A stretch of DNA of 64,000 bases from Terriglobia bacterium (GCA_963748015.1 CAVVHE010000005.1:224001-288000); one strand, 5' to 3'. Shown: positions 39,454 through 49,376, counted from the stretch's first letter. Notes: generated by a model from the letters alone, not told the origin. A program made the numbers and translations.

Positions 39454-40118
39454 GCCGTCTCCTGCACGAACACCACGCGATCCCCCATGCGGACGAGCGA
39501 GACCGGCTCCCGCGCCGGATCGAAGAGGCTCGCGGGCGTCCATCCGATGACCCGCCAGCCGCCGGGGGACGGCAACGGGTAGATCCCGGTCTGCGACCCG
39601 CCGATCGCGACGCTTCCCGCCGGCACGCGCCTGCGCGGCGTCGCCAGGCGCGGGACGGAAAGCGCGGGATCGAGACCCGCGAGGTACGGGAAGCCGGGAG
39701 TGAAGCCGAGGAACGCGACCTCGTACTGTCCGGCCGCGTGGAGGCGTACGACTTCGTCTTCCGCGAGGCCGCAGTGCTTCGCGACGTCGCCGAGATCGGG
39801 GCCGTGGGATCCACCGTAGCGCACCGGGATTTCGACACGGCGCGGCTCGGGAAGCGGCACGCGGCCGAGTCCCGCCAACGCCTCCTCCACGAACTGCCGC
39901 AGCGCCTCGGCGCGAGCGACAAGGGGATCGAAGCGGATGAGCAGCGACGCGTAGGCCGGGTGGAGATTCAGGACGCCGGGGACGGCGCGGGAGCGCAGGG
40001 CCGTCAGGAGCCGGAGAACGTGCCGGCTGCTCTCCGCGGAGATCTCCTCGCCGAACGAGACCAGCAGCGCGTGGTCGCTCGCGAGGACGATCCGAGGCAG
40101 TCCGGGCGGCTCGGTCAT
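39450..40118 (-). CDS. pxpB: 5-oxoprolinase subunit B
   Basis: PAYASL, IPV.YGG..GPDL, LGFTPGFPYL, VPAGSVAIGG.QTGIYP..SPGGW. Confidence 0.92.
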   Translation of the reverse strand: MTEPPGLPRIVLASDHALLVSFGEEISAESSRHVLRLLTALRSRAVPGVLNLHPAYASLLIRFDPLVARAEALRQFVEEALAGLGRVPLPEPRRVEIPVRYGGSHGPDLGDVAKHCGLAEDEVVRLHAAGQYEVAFLGFTPGFPYLAGLDPALSVPRLATPRRRVPAGSVAIGGSQTGIYPLPSPGGWRVIGWTPASLFDPAREPVSLVRMGDRVVFVQETA

Positions 40119-40298
40119 GCGGAAACCCCGCGGATCGGCACCGATGCCCGCGCCGCTCCGCGAGATCGCGCCTCCCTCGAGAGGATACGACGCTTTCCCC
40201 GGCGGGAGGAGGGGCCCGGACTTGCCGACCCGGCGGGGCGGACCCTAGATTGAACCCGCGGGATCGAAGGGATCGGCTGCCAGCCGAAAGGGGCCGTC

Positions 40299-40742
40299 AT
40301 GGCATTCAAGAACAGGGTCGTCGCGCGCTACCTGGATGGCCGGGTCATGAAGGGATTCACCTTCGATTTCCTTCCCAACAAGGAAGGATTCCACCTCGTC
40401 GACTCCGAGAGCGAGAAGAAGGTGTCCGCCGTCGCCGCCAAGGACCTGAAGGCCATCTTCTTCGTGAAGACGTTCGCGGGGAACAAGGAGCGCAAGAAAC
40501 GTCTCGCCATCGGTTGGGGACGGCCGGGCGGCCAGCGGCTCAGGATCACCTTCCTCGACGGCGAGGTGCTGCAGGGAACGGCCACGGTGTACACCCCCGG
40601 GCGGCTCGGGTTCTTCGTCATTCCGGCCGACGACGGGAGCAACAACGAGAGGGCGTTCGTCTACTCGGCCGCGACCAAGAGCGTCGAGGTGATCACCGCG
40701 GAGACGGCGGCCCCCGCCGCCGGCGCCCGCGGTACCCGCTGA
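40299..40742 (+). CDS. Conserved hypothetical protein (DUF6982-like, two Sm-like halves)
   Basis: VVARYLDGRVMKG...LKAIFFVK and ITFLDGEVLQG...GFFVIPAD..SNN. Confidence 0.65.
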   Translation: MAFKNRVVARYLDGRVMKGFTFDFLPNKEGFHLVDSESEKKVSAVAAKDLKAIFFVKTFAGNKERKKRLAIGWGRPGGQRLRITFLDGEVLQGTATVYTPGRLGFFVIPADDGSNNERAFVYSAATKSVEVITAETAAPAAGARGTR

Positions 40743-40904
40743 CCCGCCGCCTCCCCGGCCAGCGCCGCCTGAAACCGCGCCCCGGGGGCGCCGCGGCCGG
40801 CGCTCCTTGCTTCGCGGACCCCGGGATCCATATTGTTGGAGGAAGGGTACCGAACCGGTCACGCGAGGGCGCGGCGAGGGTCCGTGCCTGCCGGGGGGTG
40901 AGCG

Positions 40905-42209
40905 ATGGCCAAGAGAATCGGCGAGACTCTGATCGAGAAGGGACTCATCACGCCCGCCCAGCTCGAGACCGCGCTCAAGAACCAGCTCATCCTCGGAGGC
41001 CACCTCGGCACCTGCCTCCTCGAGCTCGAGTTCGTGAGCGAGGAGCAGCTCGGAAAGGCCCTCACCCAAGGTCTTGGCATCCCCTACGCTTCTCCCACGA
41101 CGCTTCGAATATTGCCGGAGAGCGTGATCCGGGCGCTGCCGAAGCGGCTCGTCGCCGAGTACCGCGCGGTGCCGATCGGTTTCAAGGAGAACACGCTGCA
41201 CGTCGCGATGGTCGACCCGAGGGACCTCCGGGCGCTCGACGCGCTGGCGTTCGGGTCGGGCTACAAGATCGCGGCGTGGATCGCGCCGGAGATCCGGATC
41301 GTCGAGGCGATGGAGCGCTACTACGACATCCCGAGGACGGCCCGCTACATCGCGGTCGCGCGCTCGATCGACCGCCTCGCCGAGGAGTCCGGAGAAACGC
41401 AACCCTCGGCACCGACCCCCTTCGGCGAGACTTACAGCTCCGGCACCAACAAGGATGCCGACCTCGGCAACTTCGACGCCGAGTACGGTTACGGCAGGTC
41501 GTGGGTCGAGATTGCCGACGAGCTTTGCGCTTCCGAAGGGAGCCGCCCGGAGGTGCCCCCGGCCGACCGGGTCTCTCGGAGGACCTCGCCGCAGTCCGCG
41601 CCTCCCGCCGGCGCGCTGTCCGAGGTGGCCGACAGCCTCTGCGCCGCGGGCGACAAGGACGAGATCGCCCGGGTGATCCTGGATCACGCCTCGCGCACGA
41701 TGCCGCGCTGCCTGCTCCTCGCGGTCCGGAACGGCGAGGCGAGCATCTGGAGCGGTGCCGGTTTTCCCGGGGCCGCCTTCGGCGCGGCCTCGCCCAGGTT
41801 CCCGATCCACGGGGCGGGGATCTTCCATCTCCTCCTGGGCAACGAGCACTACCTTGGACCGCTTGCGGACGACCCCCGCCACACGACCTTCTACCGGGCG
41901 CTCGGCGCCCAACCCCCGGCCGAGATCTTCCTGGCGCCCGTGCATCTCAGCGATCGCCTCGTCGCGCTCGTTCTCGGCGACGGCGGGCCCGGCGGCCGGA
42001 TCGCCGGCGAGGCGCGGGACCACCTGAAGCTGGTGCGCATGCTCGCGCTCTCGCTGAGCCTGCTCGTTCTCAAGAGGAAGATCCGCGACGTTGCGTCGTT
42101 CGCGCCGGCCGACGCAGGCGCGGGCTCCGGCGCGGCAGGATCCCCGGGGCCGGCGGCCGCCGCGGGAGCGCCGCCTCCGGCCGGGAAGTCCCCTCTGACG
42201 CGCGGCTGA
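40905..42209 (+). CDS. MshEN/T2SSE_N domain protein without an ATPase domain
   Basis: RIGETLIEKGLIT..QL..AL..Q and HLG..LLE...VSEEQL..AL tandem MshEN-like motifs, VAMVDP; C-terminal GAF-like region; no Walker A. Confidence 0.75.
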   Translation: MAKRIGETLIEKGLITPAQLETALKNQLILGGHLGTCLLELEFVSEEQLGKALTQGLGIPYASPTTLRILPESVIRALPKRLVAEYRAVPIGFKENTLHVAMVDPRDLRALDALAFGSGYKIAAWIAPEIRIVEAMERYYDIPRTARYIAVARSIDRLAEESGETQPSAPTPFGETYSSGTNKDADLGNFDAEYGYGRSWVEIADELCASEGSRPEVPPADRVSRRTSPQSAPPAGALSEVADSLCAAGDKDEIARVILDHASRTMPRCLLLAVRNGEASIWSGAGFPGAAFGAASPRFPIHGAGIFHLLLGNEHYLGPLADDPRHTTFYRALGAQPPAEIFLAPVHLSDRLVALVLGDGGPGGRIAGEARDHLKLVRMLALSLSLLVLKRKIRDVASFAPADAGAGSGAAGSPGPAAAAGAPPPAGKSPLTRG

Positions 42210-42326
42210 ACCTCCCGTCTCCCGGCCCGCTCCCACGATGCTTGACTTCGAGGTTCCGCCGGTGTGAAATCCGCCGAAGCGAGGACGGGGCATCGGGAAG
42301 CGCCGCCGTCCTTCGGGGAGGAGACG

Positions 42327-43472
42327 ATGCGCGGTCGGGTCCTTCTGTTGCTGCTCGGGTCCGTCGTGGCGGCCGGGCTGTCCTTCGGGAAGCCCATGGA
42401 CAAGGGCCGCCTCACCCGGAGCGACATCTGCGGCGAGTGCCACCGAGACATCTTCGAGATGTGGCAGCGCTCCGCGCACGCGAAGGCCATGGAGGACCCG
42501 GTCTTCCAGGACGCCTTCCGCGACACCCGGTCCAAGGAGGGCGACGCGGTCTCCCGCGTCTGCCTCGGCTGCCACGCGCCCGCGGTGGAGTTCGCGAAGG
42601 ACCCCGAGCTCGAGAAGAAGATCACCTGGGAAGGGATCGGCTGCGACGTCTGCCACTCCCTGGCGGCGGTTCGCATGGAGGGGCCCGGCCCCAAGCTGGT
42701 CCTCGATCCCGGTCCCGTGAAGCGCGGGCCGATCCGCGACGCGGTCTCGACGGGCCACGACGTGGCCTACTCGGAGCTCCACACCCAGTCCCTCGTCTGC
42801 GCGGGCTGCCACGAGTTCGCGAACGCCGACGGCACGGCGATCATGACGACCTACTCGGAGTGGAAGGGAAGCGAGTCCGCCAAGCAGGGAAAGACCTGCC
42901 AGCTGTGCCACATGGGCCGCACGAAGGCCAACGTCGTGGATCCCAAGGTGAAGCGCGTCCCGGGCCAGGAGGTGAACCTCCACGAGATGCCGGGAGGGCA
43001 TTCCCTCGACCAGCTCCACAAGGCCCTCACCGTCTCGTTCCAGCCCGAGCGCAAGGGGAACGAGCTGCTCCTCGACGTGCGGATCGCGAACCGGGGCGCC
43101 GGGCACGCGGTGCCGACGGGAATGCCGGGGCGGCGCGTGTTCCTCGACCTGACCGTGAGGAGCAGCGACGGCAGCTCCTTCGAGGAGCGCAAGTCCTACG
43201 GCAAGTCCTTTCTGGACGCGAGCGGCCAGACGATCACCCGCGACAGCGCCTACTTCGCCAAGGGGGTCAAGCTCGAGACCGACTCGCGCCTGCGCCCGGA
43301 CGAGCAGCGCGTGGAGCGCTTCCGCTTCCCGATACCGACCTCCGCGACCGCCTTCGTGTCGGTGAAGCTGCGCTACGAGCACGCCCCGACCGGCGGCCCG
43401 GAGAACCGGACCTCGATCACCTTCCTCTCGGAGGACCGGACGCTCCCGCCGTCGGGCACCGCCAAGCCCTGA
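42327..43472 (+). CDS. Secreted pentaheme c-type cytochrome (c554-like)
   Basis: Signal peptide; five CxxCH motifs (CGECH, CLGCH, CDVCH, CAGCH, CQLCH); GHAVPTG. Confidence 0.88.
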   Translation: MRGRVLLLLLGSVVAAGLSFGKPMDKGRLTRSDICGECHRDIFEMWQRSAHAKAMEDPVFQDAFRDTRSKEGDAVSRVCLGCHAPAVEFAKDPELEKKITWEGIGCDVCHSLAAVRMEGPGPKLVLDPGPVKRGPIRDAVSTGHDVAYSELHTQSLVCAGCHEFANADGTAIMTTYSEWKGSESAKQGKTCQLCHMGRTKANVVDPKVKRVPGQEVNLHEMPGGHSLDQLHKALTVSFQPERKGNELLLDVRIANRGAGHAVPTGMPGRRVFLDLTVRSSDGSSFEERKSYGKSFLDASGQTITRDSAYFAKGVKLETDSRLRPDEQRVERFRFPIPTSATAFVSVKLRYEHAPTGGPENRTSITFLSEDRTLPPSGTAKP

Positions 43473-43485
43473 CGCGCGATCGATC

Positions 43486-43667
43486 GGCTGCTTCGGTCCG
43501 AAGGGGGAAGCGTCCGCAGACGGCCCTTTTCCGGGCCGGCGCGGATGCTTCCCCCTTCGGACCGAAGCAGCCCCACCCCGCATGGCCCACCGCGGGGCCC
43601 GAGGCGGGAGGCGTTCCTCGCCGGCCCGGAAAAGGGCCGTCTGCGGACGCCTCCCGCCTCGGGCCCC
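43486..43667. repeat. Composite intergenic inverted-repeat element (REP/MITE-like)
   Basis: 32-bp arms 43486-43517/43541-43572 (1 mismatch); perfect 21-bp arms 43594-43614/43647-43667; shared 32-bp core at 43510-43541 and inverted at 43619-43650. Confidence 0.85.
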
Positions 43668-43708
43668 TTTCGCTCGTGGGCACGCGAGGACGAGCCGGCG
43701 ACGGCGGG

Positions 43709-45868
43709 TCAGCTCAGCCCGTCGAGCAGGGCGAGGAACCTCGGGTGGTTCCGCACGGGGTCGAGGTTGCTGTCGTGCTCGTACCAGCCCTTCTGCGTCA
43801 CGCCGTGGCGCACCGCGCTCTCGAGGCAGTCGAGCGCCTCGTCCACCTCTCCCGCCAGCGAGTAGATGCACCCCAGGTTGTAGAGGAGCATCGCTTCCTC
43901 GGGAGCCAGGCTGCGGGCGAGGCGGGCCCACTCGAGGCCTGCCTCGCGCTCCCCTAGCGCGACGCGGCCGTTGGCCCCCATGTAGAGGGCGCGCGCGTCG
44001 TCCGGGTGCAGCTCGAGGCGGGCCTCGACGAGGGCGACCCCGCGGCACCGGGCCGTGCGGCCTTCCTCGGGGCGGCCGAGGTCGTCGTAGATCTGGGCGG
44101 CCAGCAGGGGGGACTGGTAGTCCTCGGGCCTCACGCGCATCGCCTGCTCGTACAGGCTGACGGCCCGCTCGAGCTCGCCCGACACGAAGCACTTGCGCGC
44201 GTAGAAGTACCACGCCTCGAAGAGGTCCGGGTCGAGCTTGATCGCCGTCTCGAACTCGCGCTCGGCCTCGTCGTAGTGGCCGCCGAGGTGCAGCGCCGCT
44301 CCGCGGGACGCGTGGGCCTGCGCGGAGTCGGGGGCGAGCTCGACCGCCCGGCGGCTCGCATTCTCCGCCTGCTCCCGTATTCCGTCCTTGCGCTCGGAGT
44401 ACAGGTAGATGTACGACCAGCAATCGGCGAGCCCCGCGTGCGCCAGCGCGTACCCAGGATCGAGCTCGACCGCCCGCGAGAACAGCTGCAGGGCGAACTC
44501 GATGTCGCGCCGGCCGTACCGGTAGTAGTAGTTCCGCCCACGCAGGTAGTAGTCGTAGGCCTGCACGTCGAGCGTGGGCGCCCTGCCGAGCGCTCCCCGC
44601 TCCTGCGGGCTCAGCGTCACCTTGAGCGCGCGGACCACGTTCCGGGCGATCTCCTCCTGGATCTCGAAGACGTCCTTCATCTCGCGGTCGAAGCGCTCCG
44701 ACCACAGGTGGAAGCCGCTCCCGGCCTCGATCAGCTGGACGATGATCCGAAGCCGGCTCCCCGCCTTGCGCACGCTTCCCTCGAGGAGCGTCAGGACGTC
44801 GAGCCGGCGGCCGATCTCCCGGCTGTCGAGGGGGGCGTCCCTGAGCTGGAACGACGACGTACGCGACGCGACGCGCAGCTCCTGCAGCTTGCTCAGCGCG
44901 TTGATGATCTCCTCCGCCATCCCGTCGCAGAAGTACCCCTGGTCCTTCTCGGGGCTCATGTCCGCGAACGGCAGGACGGCAATGGAAGCGTCCCGCTTCG
45001 TCTCGAGCGAGCCTCCCTCGCGGCGCAGGCTTTCGAGCTCGTTGCGGAGATCGAGCGCCGACTGGGTGCGCTGCCGAAGGTCCTTCTCGAGGCAGCGCTT
45101 CAGGATCCGGTCGAGCTCGCGGGGGAGCCGGGGGTTCAGCTCCGCGACCGACCGCGGCTCGTCCTTGAGAATCGAGGCGACCGCGTCCGCGGCGGTTTCT
45201 CCCGCGAAAGGCAGCTCGCCGGTCGCGATCTCGAAGAGGATCACGCCGAGCGAGAACAGGTCGGAGCGGTGATCGATCGACTCCGCGCGGAGCTGCTCGG
45301 GGGACATGTACCGGATCGTGCCCGAGAAGCTCCTCCCCATCCTCGAGTCGGCCGTCGTGTCGTCCTCGGACGGGAGCGGTGACGCCTTCGCGAGATACCG
45401 GGCGAGCCCGAAGTCGAGCACCTTCACGGCGCCGCCGGGGCCGACCACGACGTTGCCGGGCTTGAGGTCCCTGTGGATGATGCCGCGCTCGTGCGCCGCC
45501 GAGATCGCGCCGGCGAGGGGGACCGCGAGCTTGAGGAAGCGGTCGAGCGGCATGCCGCCCTGCGCGATCCGCTTGGAGAGGGGTTCTCCATCGACGTACT
45601 CCATGACGAAGAACCGCTCGCCCTCCGATTCCTCGAAGGAGTGGATCGTGACGATGTTGGGGTGACTGAGCGCGGCGATCGCCTTCGCCTCGCGCTCGAG
45701 GTTCGCCCTGCGCTCGGGATCGTTCGCGAAGCGTGGGGACAGGAACTTGATCGCCACCTCGCGGTCGAGCTTGAGGTCCAGGGCCTTCCAAACGACCCCC
45801 ATGCCGCCCTCGCCGAGCTTCTCCACCAGGCGGTAGTGGGAGACGACCCCATCAACCTCGATGACCAT
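43709..45868 (-). CDS. Hanks-type Ser/Thr kinase with TolB-like and TPR C-terminus
   Basis: LGEGGMG.V, VAIK, HRDLKPGN, DFGLA, YMSPEQ, DLFSLG; SIAVLPF..MS, TPR repeats. Confidence 0.92.
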   Translation of the reverse strand: MVIEVDGVVSHYRLVEKLGEGGMGVVWKALDLKLDREVAIKFLSPRFANDPERRANLEREAKAIAALSHPNIVTIHSFEESEGERFFVMEYVDGEPLSKRIAQGGMPLDRFLKLAVPLAGAISAAHERGIIHRDLKPGNVVVGPGGAVKVLDFGLARYLAKASPLPSEDDTTADSRMGRSFSGTIRYMSPEQLRAESIDHRSDLFSLGVILFEIATGELPFAGETAADAVASILKDEPRSVAELNPRLPRELDRILKRCLEKDLRQRTQSALDLRNELESLRREGGSLETKRDASIAVLPFADMSPEKDQGYFCDGMAEEIINALSKLQELRVASRTSSFQLRDAPLDSREIGRRLDVLTLLEGSVRKAGSRLRIIVQLIEAGSGFHLWSERFDREMKDVFEIQEEIARNVVRALKVTLSPQERGALGRAPTLDVQAYDYYLRGRNYYYRYGRRDIEFALQLFSRAVELDPGYALAHAGLADCWSYIYLYSERKDGIREQAENASRRAVELAPDSAQAHASRGAALHLGGHYDEAEREFETAIKLDPDLFEAWYFYARKCFVSGELERAVSLYEQAMRVRPEDYQSPLLAAQIYDDLGRPEEGRTARCRGVALVEARLELHPDDARALYMGANGRVALGEREAGLEWARLARSLAPEEAMLLYNLGCIYSLAGEVDEALDCLESAVRHGVTQKGWYEHDSNLDPVRNHPRFLALLDGLS

Positions 45869-45925
45869 CCGCCGACCTCCGCGTTGACGTCGTCCCCGAA
45901 AGTCTAGCACTGCCGGGCCGCGGCT

Positions 45926-46921
45926 TCAGCGATTGCGTGCGACCAGGATCGAGCTCATCGTCGGCTCGCGGTGCGCGACGGCCACGTCCCGGAATCCCGC
46001 CGCTTCGAGATCCTCTCTCAGCTCCTCGACCGTGTAGGTACCGCCCGCCTCGCTGCCCACCAGCATGTTCACCGCGAACAGCGCGCCGGCCGCCGGCTCG
46101 GTGCGCGACGGCTCCATCAGGATGTCGCGGATCGCGATCCGCCCGCCTTCGGCGAGCGCCTCGCCCACCTTGCGGAAGAGCCCGCGGTTCTCCTCGCGCG
46201 AGTTCTGGTGGACGATCGCGCTGACCCAGGCCAGGTCCGCCCCGGGCGGGAGCGCGTCGCGGTAGAAATCTCCGGCCGCGAGCGTGACCCGCTCCGCGAG
46301 TCCCGCCTCGGCGAATCGCAGCCGGGCCAGCGGGATCGCCTCCGGCAGGTCGAAGAGTATCGCCCGGCCCGAAGGACAGGCCCTCAGGAAGGCCACCGTC
46401 CAGGTGCCCGAGCCTCCTCCCACGTCGAGGAGACAGCGGAACTCGAGCGGCTCGACGTGGCGGATCACGGCGTCCGCGATCGGTCCCGAGATGTCGTTCA
46501 TGGCCAGGACGAACGCCTCCCGATCGGCGGCCTCCCCCCGCACACTCGGCGCGCGCCCGCCGGGCCTTCCGGCCTTCACGGTGCTCGCCAGCGTCGCCCA
46601 GCGCCTCAGGCAGTTCGCCTGGTGCTGGACCATCGAGAGCACGCTTCCCTCGCCGGTGCCGCCGAGCGCGCCGGCCACCGGCTCGGGTAGGGAGTAGACG
46701 CCCCCGTGCTTGTCGAGGAGCGAGAGCGCCGCCAGCGCGTCGAGGAGGACCGTCGTCGCCCGCTCGTCGGCCGGGAGCCTGCGCGCGAGCGTCGCGGCAG
46801 GCATCGGCTCGCCGGCCAGCGCTCGGAACAGGTCGAGGTCCGCTGCAGCCGCCAGAACGCACGCGCCCTGGTAGCTCCGCGCAAGCTCGAGGACCTCGTC
46901 GCGGGACCAGACCTTCGCCAT
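45926..46921 (-). CDS. O-methyltransferase (Methyltransf_2 with dimerisation domain)
   Basis: LLDVGGGSG, LFDLP, AGDF, IVH, GGRIAIRD; start MAKVW after GGAGGGGAG. Confidence 0.87.
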   Translation of the reverse strand: MAKVWSRDEVLELARSYQGACVLAAAADLDLFRALAGEPMPAATLARRLPADERATTVLLDALAALSLLDKHGGVYSLPEPVAGALGGTGEGSVLSMVQHQANCLRRWATLASTVKAGRPGGRAPSVRGEAADREAFVLAMNDISGPIADAVIRHVEPLEFRCLLDVGGGSGTWTVAFLRACPSGRAILFDLPEAIPLARLRFAEAGLAERVTLAAGDFYRDALPPGADLAWVSAIVHQNSREENRGLFRKVGEALAEGGRIAIRDILMEPSRTEPAAGALFAVNMLVGSEAGGTYTVEELREDLEAAGFRDVAVAHREPTMSSILVARNR

Positions 46922-47225
46922 GCTCCCCTCCTCCATGGTGGACGCGAGATTGTGGGGTGTCCGGGGGTGGAATATACCCTTTCGAACTCGTGGCCGCCGA
47001 CGGACGCGGCCTCCTCGCTCTCGACGCGAAACCGCGCTTTTCTCGCCCGCCGCGACCTCGGCCGCTCGGCACCCCACAATCTCCCGTCCACCATGCTCTT
47101 GACCGGGGTCATGCCGCCGGCCGGAACCCGCCGGCCGGCCGTTTTACATCGGTGGGGAGCTTCGCTACGATGCCCCCGCGCCATTCCCCGGCGGCGTCCG
47201 CCGTCGTCGCCTTTCGGAGGAAGTC

Positions 47226-47597
47226 ATGTCCGACACGTCGTTCGTCGTGCCGCTTTTCCGCTCCATCGACGCGATGGATGCGAGCCGTTTCGCCTCGTTT
47301 CTCACGGAAGACGCCGTGTTCCGTTTCGGGAACGGCCCGGAGGTGGGCGGCAGGGGGGCGATCCGCGAGGCCGTGGCGGGGTTCTTCGGGATGATCGCGG
47401 GACTCGAGCACCGGATCACCGACACGTGGGCCCAGCCGGGCACGGTCATCTGCCGCGGAGAGGTCACCTACACGCGCAAGGACGGGACGAAGCTCATCGT
47501 CCCCTTCGCGGACGTGTTCGGCATGCGCGGAGAATCGGTGGCGGACTACCGGATCTACATGGACGCGTCGGCGCTCTTCTCTCCGCCCGCGGCGTGA
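47226..47597 (+). CDS. SnoaL/NTF2-like protein
   Basis: FLTEDAVFRFGN, G...IR, YRIY.D pattern; GGAGG RBS. Confidence 0.8.
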   Translation: MSDTSFVVPLFRSIDAMDASRFASFLTEDAVFRFGNGPEVGGRGAIREAVAGFFGMIAGLEHRITDTWAQPGTVICRGEVTYTRKDGTKLIVPFADVFGMRGESVADYRIYMDASALFSPPAA

Positions 47598-47663
47598 GGC
47601 AGGCCGCCGAGGCGGCGCGCCTCCGACCCTGGGAAGATCGGTGGGCGGAAGCGGTCCGGCGGT

Positions 47664-47882
47664 CTACTTGGCCCGCGCGACCTTCTTCGTCCTGGCGGAC
47701 CGCGCCGGGGCCGGAGCGTCGCTGTGCCCGAGCTGGACGAGACTGGTCACGAACTTCCGCGTGCCCTTCTCGTCGAAGACGATCGTCATGTACCGGTCGT
47801 CCACCCCGCTGATCGTTCCCAGCCCGAAAACGGCGTGGGTAACGCGGTCGTTTGCGGAGAATGCCGAGGAGCTCTTCGCCAT
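47664..47882 (-). CDS. Small protein resembling the PcrA/UvrD C-terminal Tudor-like domain
   Basis: F..NDRVTH..FG.GTI......TIVF...GTRK pattern; GAGG RBS. Confidence 0.65.
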   Translation of the reverse strand: MAKSSSAFSANDRVTHAVFGLGTISGVDDRYMTIVFDEKGTRKFVTSLVQLGHSDAPAPARSARTKKVARAK

Positions 47883-47999
47883 CGTGTCCTCGTTTCCGTA
47901 CGAGAGAATGTGGCCGGGACGTCGCTATATGCTAGCAGATCAGCGGCTTGCTGTCGACGTCCCGACGCGGCCCGGCTGCCGGAGCGGCTCCGGGACATC

Positions 48000-49376
48000 C
48001 TAGCGGCCGCTCCTCCGACCCGGCCCGAGCCCTCTCGGCCGTACCCCGGGCTGGGCGCCCGCGGCGGGCGCGTGCTTGTCGAGGATCGCCTGGAGCCTCG
48101 CCTCTCGTTCGCCCCGGCCGCGGGACGGAGGCGCCGGCTTCTGTTTCCCCGCGCCGAACCCTTCCTTCGGGCGTGGCCGCCCACCGCCCCTGGCGGCGCG
48201 CGCCGCCGCGAGGCGCTCCCGGATCGGGATCTCGAGCCTTCCTTCGGGCCGCTTCGCGTAGTCGAAGCCGGGAAGCGTGACCCTCGGGAGGCGCTTCCCC
48301 ACGACACGCTCGATCGCCGTGAGATCGCCTTCCTCCTCCGGAGAGACGAGCGTGAACGCGTCTCCCGTAGCCTCGGCCCGGGCCGTCCTTCCGACGCGGT
48401 GGATGTACGAGTCCGGATCGGCCGGGACGTCGAAGTTGACGACGTGACCGAGCGCCTCCACGTCGATGCCGCGTGACACGATGTCGGTGGCGACCAGGAT
48501 CCGGTGGCGCCCCGCCTTGAACCCCGCGAGCGCCTCCGTCCGCTGGTTCTGGCTCCGGTTCCCGTGGATGCGCGCCGTCGAGATCCGGTGCGTCTCGAGA
48601 AAGGCGGCGAGCCGGTTGGCGCGGTGCTTCGTGCGGGTGAACACGATCGCGTCCGCGATGATGTCCCGGGTCAGGAGCTCCAGCAGCAGCGCCGGTTTCA
48701 GCTCCCTGGCGACCGGGTAGACCGCCTGGGTGATGCCGATCGCGGGCGCCGACCTGCGCTCGAGGTTGATGGTGGAAGGGTCGGACAGCATCTCCTGCGC
48801 GAGACCGAGGATGTCCTTCGGCATGGTCGCGCTGAAGAACAGCGTCTGTCTCTTCCGGGGAAGCTGCCGGAGAATCCTGCGGATGTCGGGGAGAAAACCC
48901 ATGTCGAGCATCCGGTCCGCCTCGTCCAGGACCAGGACCTCGAGCTCGCCGAACCGCGCGTAGGAATGGCGGAGATGATCGAGCAGCCTGCCCGGCGTCG
49001 CGACGACCACGTCCACGCCGCTCCTGAAGGCATGCTCCTGCGGTCCCATCGCCACGCCGCCGAAGACGCTCGCCCCGGTGACCGGCGTGTGGACCGCCAG
49101 CGCCTCGAGGTGCGAGTGGATCTGGGCGGCGAGCTCTCTCGTCGGCGTCAGGATCAGCGCGCGGGTGGAGCGTCGCGGCTTGCGCATGAGCCGGTGGAGG
49201 ATCGGGAGCAGGAACGCCGCGGTCTTGCCGCTGCCGGTCATCGCGCAGGCGAGGACATCGCGGCCTTCCACCGCGGGCGGGATGGCCTGCTCCTGGATCG
49301 GCGTCGGCCGGGTGAACCCCAGGTCCTTGACCCCCTTGAGGAGGTCGGGGTGGAGGTGAAAGCCCGAGAACGGCAT
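48000..49376 (-). CDS. rhlE: DEAD-box RNA helicase (RhlE-like)
   Basis: Q motif PTPIQ, TGSGKT, PTRELA, TPGRL, DEAD, SAT, RGID, YIHRVGRTAR. Confidence 0.92.
   Translation of the reverse strand: MPFSGFHLHPDLLKGVKDLGFTRPTPIQEQAIPPAVEGRDVLACAMTGSGKTAAFLLPILHRLMRKPRRSTRALILTPTRELAAQIHSHLEALAVHTPVTGASVFGGVAMGPQEHAFRSGVDVVVATPGRLLDHLRHSYARFGELEVLVLDEADRMLDMGFLPDIRRILRQLPRKRQTLFFSATMPKDILGLAQEMLSDPSTINLERRSAPAIGITQAVYPVARELKPALLLELLTRDIIADAIVFTRTKHRANRLAAFLETHRISTARIHGNRSQNQRTEALAGFKAGRHRILVATDIVSRGIDVEALGHVVNFDVPADPDSYIHRVGRTARAEATGDAFTLVSPEEEGDLTAIERVVGKRLPRVTLPGFDYAKRPEGRLEIPIRERLAAARAARGGGRPRPKEGFGAGKQKPAPPSRGRGEREARLQAILDKHAPAAGAQPGVRPRGLGPGRRSGR

Noticed and set aside
40245..45791. 1848-aa minus-strand ORF and overlapping 1235-aa plus-strand ORF (40250-43957)
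   Set aside because: Arg/Gly/Pro-rich shadow frames overlapping well-supported genes; expected in very GC-rich DNA with few stop codons
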